Assembly: GCA_964016885.1 (NCBI GenBank)
Contig: OZ024744.1
Span: 496,001-560,000 of the forward strand
DNA: 64,000 nt
DNA from: Eledone cirrhosa
Taxonomy: Eukaryota
Direction: 5' to 3'
Shown one piece after another: positions 63,101 through 64,000 of the stretch. A model generated the notes under the pieces. The model searched no databases. It was not told the origin of the DNA and was given only the letters and a program-made list of their open reading frames with translations. The first letter of the stretch is position 1. Every line of letters starts with the position of its first letter. The translations under genes and the position numbers were made by a program.

Positions 63101-64000
63101 GTCAAGGTAGAGAAAGATAGCTTGGTGAAGAACGACGTTTTGAGGGAAGACAAGGTAGAGAAAGATAGCTTAGTGAAGAACGACGTTTTGGGGGAAGACA
63201 AGGTAGAGAAAGATAGCTTGGTGAAGAACAACGTTTTGGGGGAAGACAAGGTAGAGAAAGATAGCTTGGTGAAGAACGAAGTATTGAGGGAAGACTAGGT
63301 AGAGAAAGATAGCTTGATGAAGAACGAAGTGTTGGGGGAAGACAAGGTAGAGAAAGATAGCTTGCTGAAGAACGAAGTTTTGAGGGACGACAAAGTAGAG
63401 AAAGATAGCTTGGTGAAGAACGAGGTTTTGGGGAAGACAAGGTAGAGAAAGATAGCTTGATGAAGAACGAAGTTTTGGGGGAAGACAAGGTAGAGAAAGA
63501 TAGCTTGGTGAAGAACGAAGTTTTGAGGGAAGACAAGGTAGAGAAAGATAGCTTGGTGAAGAACGAAGTTTTGGGGGAAGACAAGGTAGAGAAAGATAGC
63601 TTGGTGAAGAACGAAGTTTTGAGGGAAGACAAGGTAGAGAAAGATAGCTTGATGAAGAACGAAGTTTTGGGGGAAGACAAGGTAGAGAAAGATAGCTTGG
63701 TGAAGAACGAAGTTTTGATGGAAGACAAGGTAGAGAAAGATAGCTTGGTGAAGAACGAAGTTTTGGGGGAAGACAAGGTAGAGAAAGATAGCTTGGTGAA
63801 GAACGAAGTTTTGAGGGAAGACAAGGTAGAGAAAGATAGCTTGGTGAAGAACGACGTTTTGGGGGAAGACAAGGTAGAGAAAGATAGCTTGGTGAAGAAC
63901 AACGTTTTGGGGGAAGACAAGGTAGAGAAAGATAGCTTGGTGAAGAACGAAGTATTGAGGGAAGACTATGTAGAGAATGATAGTTGGTGAAGAACGAAGT
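51117..64000. repeat. Right-hand domain built from a ~1770-bp (37 monomers -6) higher-order unit and length variants (1579, 2200 bp)
   Basis: An identical 177-aa pseudo-ORF starts at 51736, 53506, 57908, 59487, 61687 and 63457 (spacings 1770, 4402, 1579, 2200, 1770). All six carry the marker GACTATGTAGAGAATGATAGTTGG. Confidence 0.9.

Larger units (their letters stand above)
1..64000. repeat. Head-to-tail tandem satellite array, 48-bp monomer GATAGCTTGGTGAAGAACGAAGTTTTG(A/G)GGGAAGACAAGGTAGAGAAA, about 1,335-1,340 copies, truncated by both window edges
   Basis: Every line consists of this unit, mostly with 0-3 substitutions or a 1-bp indel. ORF translations repeat every 16 aa. Consensus (A form) has 19 A, 17 G, 9 T and 3 C, i.e. 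75% purine on + and about 42-44% GC. Confidence 0.99.

Noticed and set aside
229-63920. Long minus-strand ORFs (up to 1323 aa, e.g. 14315..18286, 29808..33299, 3918..7229)
   Set aside because: The + consensus lacks TTA, CTA and TCA, so all three minus frames are stop-free by composition. The ORFs overlap in all frames, switch among three repeat peptides at 1-bp indels, and end only at variant monomers (GACTAG, GTCA, TTAG, TTCA).
9-63990. Plus-strand KDSLVKNEVL(R/G)EDKVE ORFs as real genes
   Set aside because: They are 74-266 aa, consist only of repeat, mostly begin at the monomer's TTG, lack unique domains or flanking regulatory sequence, and are bounded by co-amplified stops and frameshifts.
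1-64000. CRISPR array or other repeat-spacer or variable-cassette system
   Set aside because: Monomers abut directly with no unique spacers, variation is limited to a few recurrent SNPs, and there is no cas, reverse transcriptase or recombinase gene.
1-64000. Programmed frameshifting or stop read-through producing one giant protein
   Set aside because: It would need well over a hundred recoding events at several unrelated indel contexts. Neutral satellite mutation is far simpler.
1-64000. Canonical telomeric repeat or strong G-quadruplex array
   Set aside because: There is no short TTAGGG-like unit, and only one G3-G5 run per 48 bp, too far apart for a canonical three-tetrad G4. A complex terminal satellite cannot be excluded without positional data.
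1-64000. Whole array as a sequencing artefact or synthetic concatemer
   Set aside because: Hierarchical, nested and spatially zoned variants are what natural array evolution produces. Individual near-identical block duplications could still be assembly errors.

Overview
All 64 kb is one uninterrupted, single-orientation tandem satellite of a 48-bp monomer, consensus GATAGCTTGGTGAAGAACGAAGTTTTGRGGGAAGACAAGGTAGAGAAA (roughly 1,335-1,340 copies; array runs off both window ends). I found no unique sequence, inversion, transposon insertion, RNA gene, CRISPR spacer or credible protein-coding gene, and the ORF track is explained by the repeat itself. The information lies in the variants. A small set of recurrent SNP and 1-bp-indel monomer types forms ordered phrases, and these are copied in irregular higher-order blocks (offsets 2778, 2829, 2638, 1434, 2391, 2965, 3734, 956, 1770 bp; long-range 7124, 9951 and about 10717 bp). 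Variants are spatially zoned and nest progressively from left to right, recording how the array grew. The monomer reads open in one + frame (DSLVKNEVL[R/G]EDKVEK), so descent from a coding minisatellite is possible, but stops and frameshifts have been co-amplified. I cannot identify the organism or satellite family, and I see no direct evidence for a novel gene system. Block boundaries were read by eye and are approximate to about one monomer.
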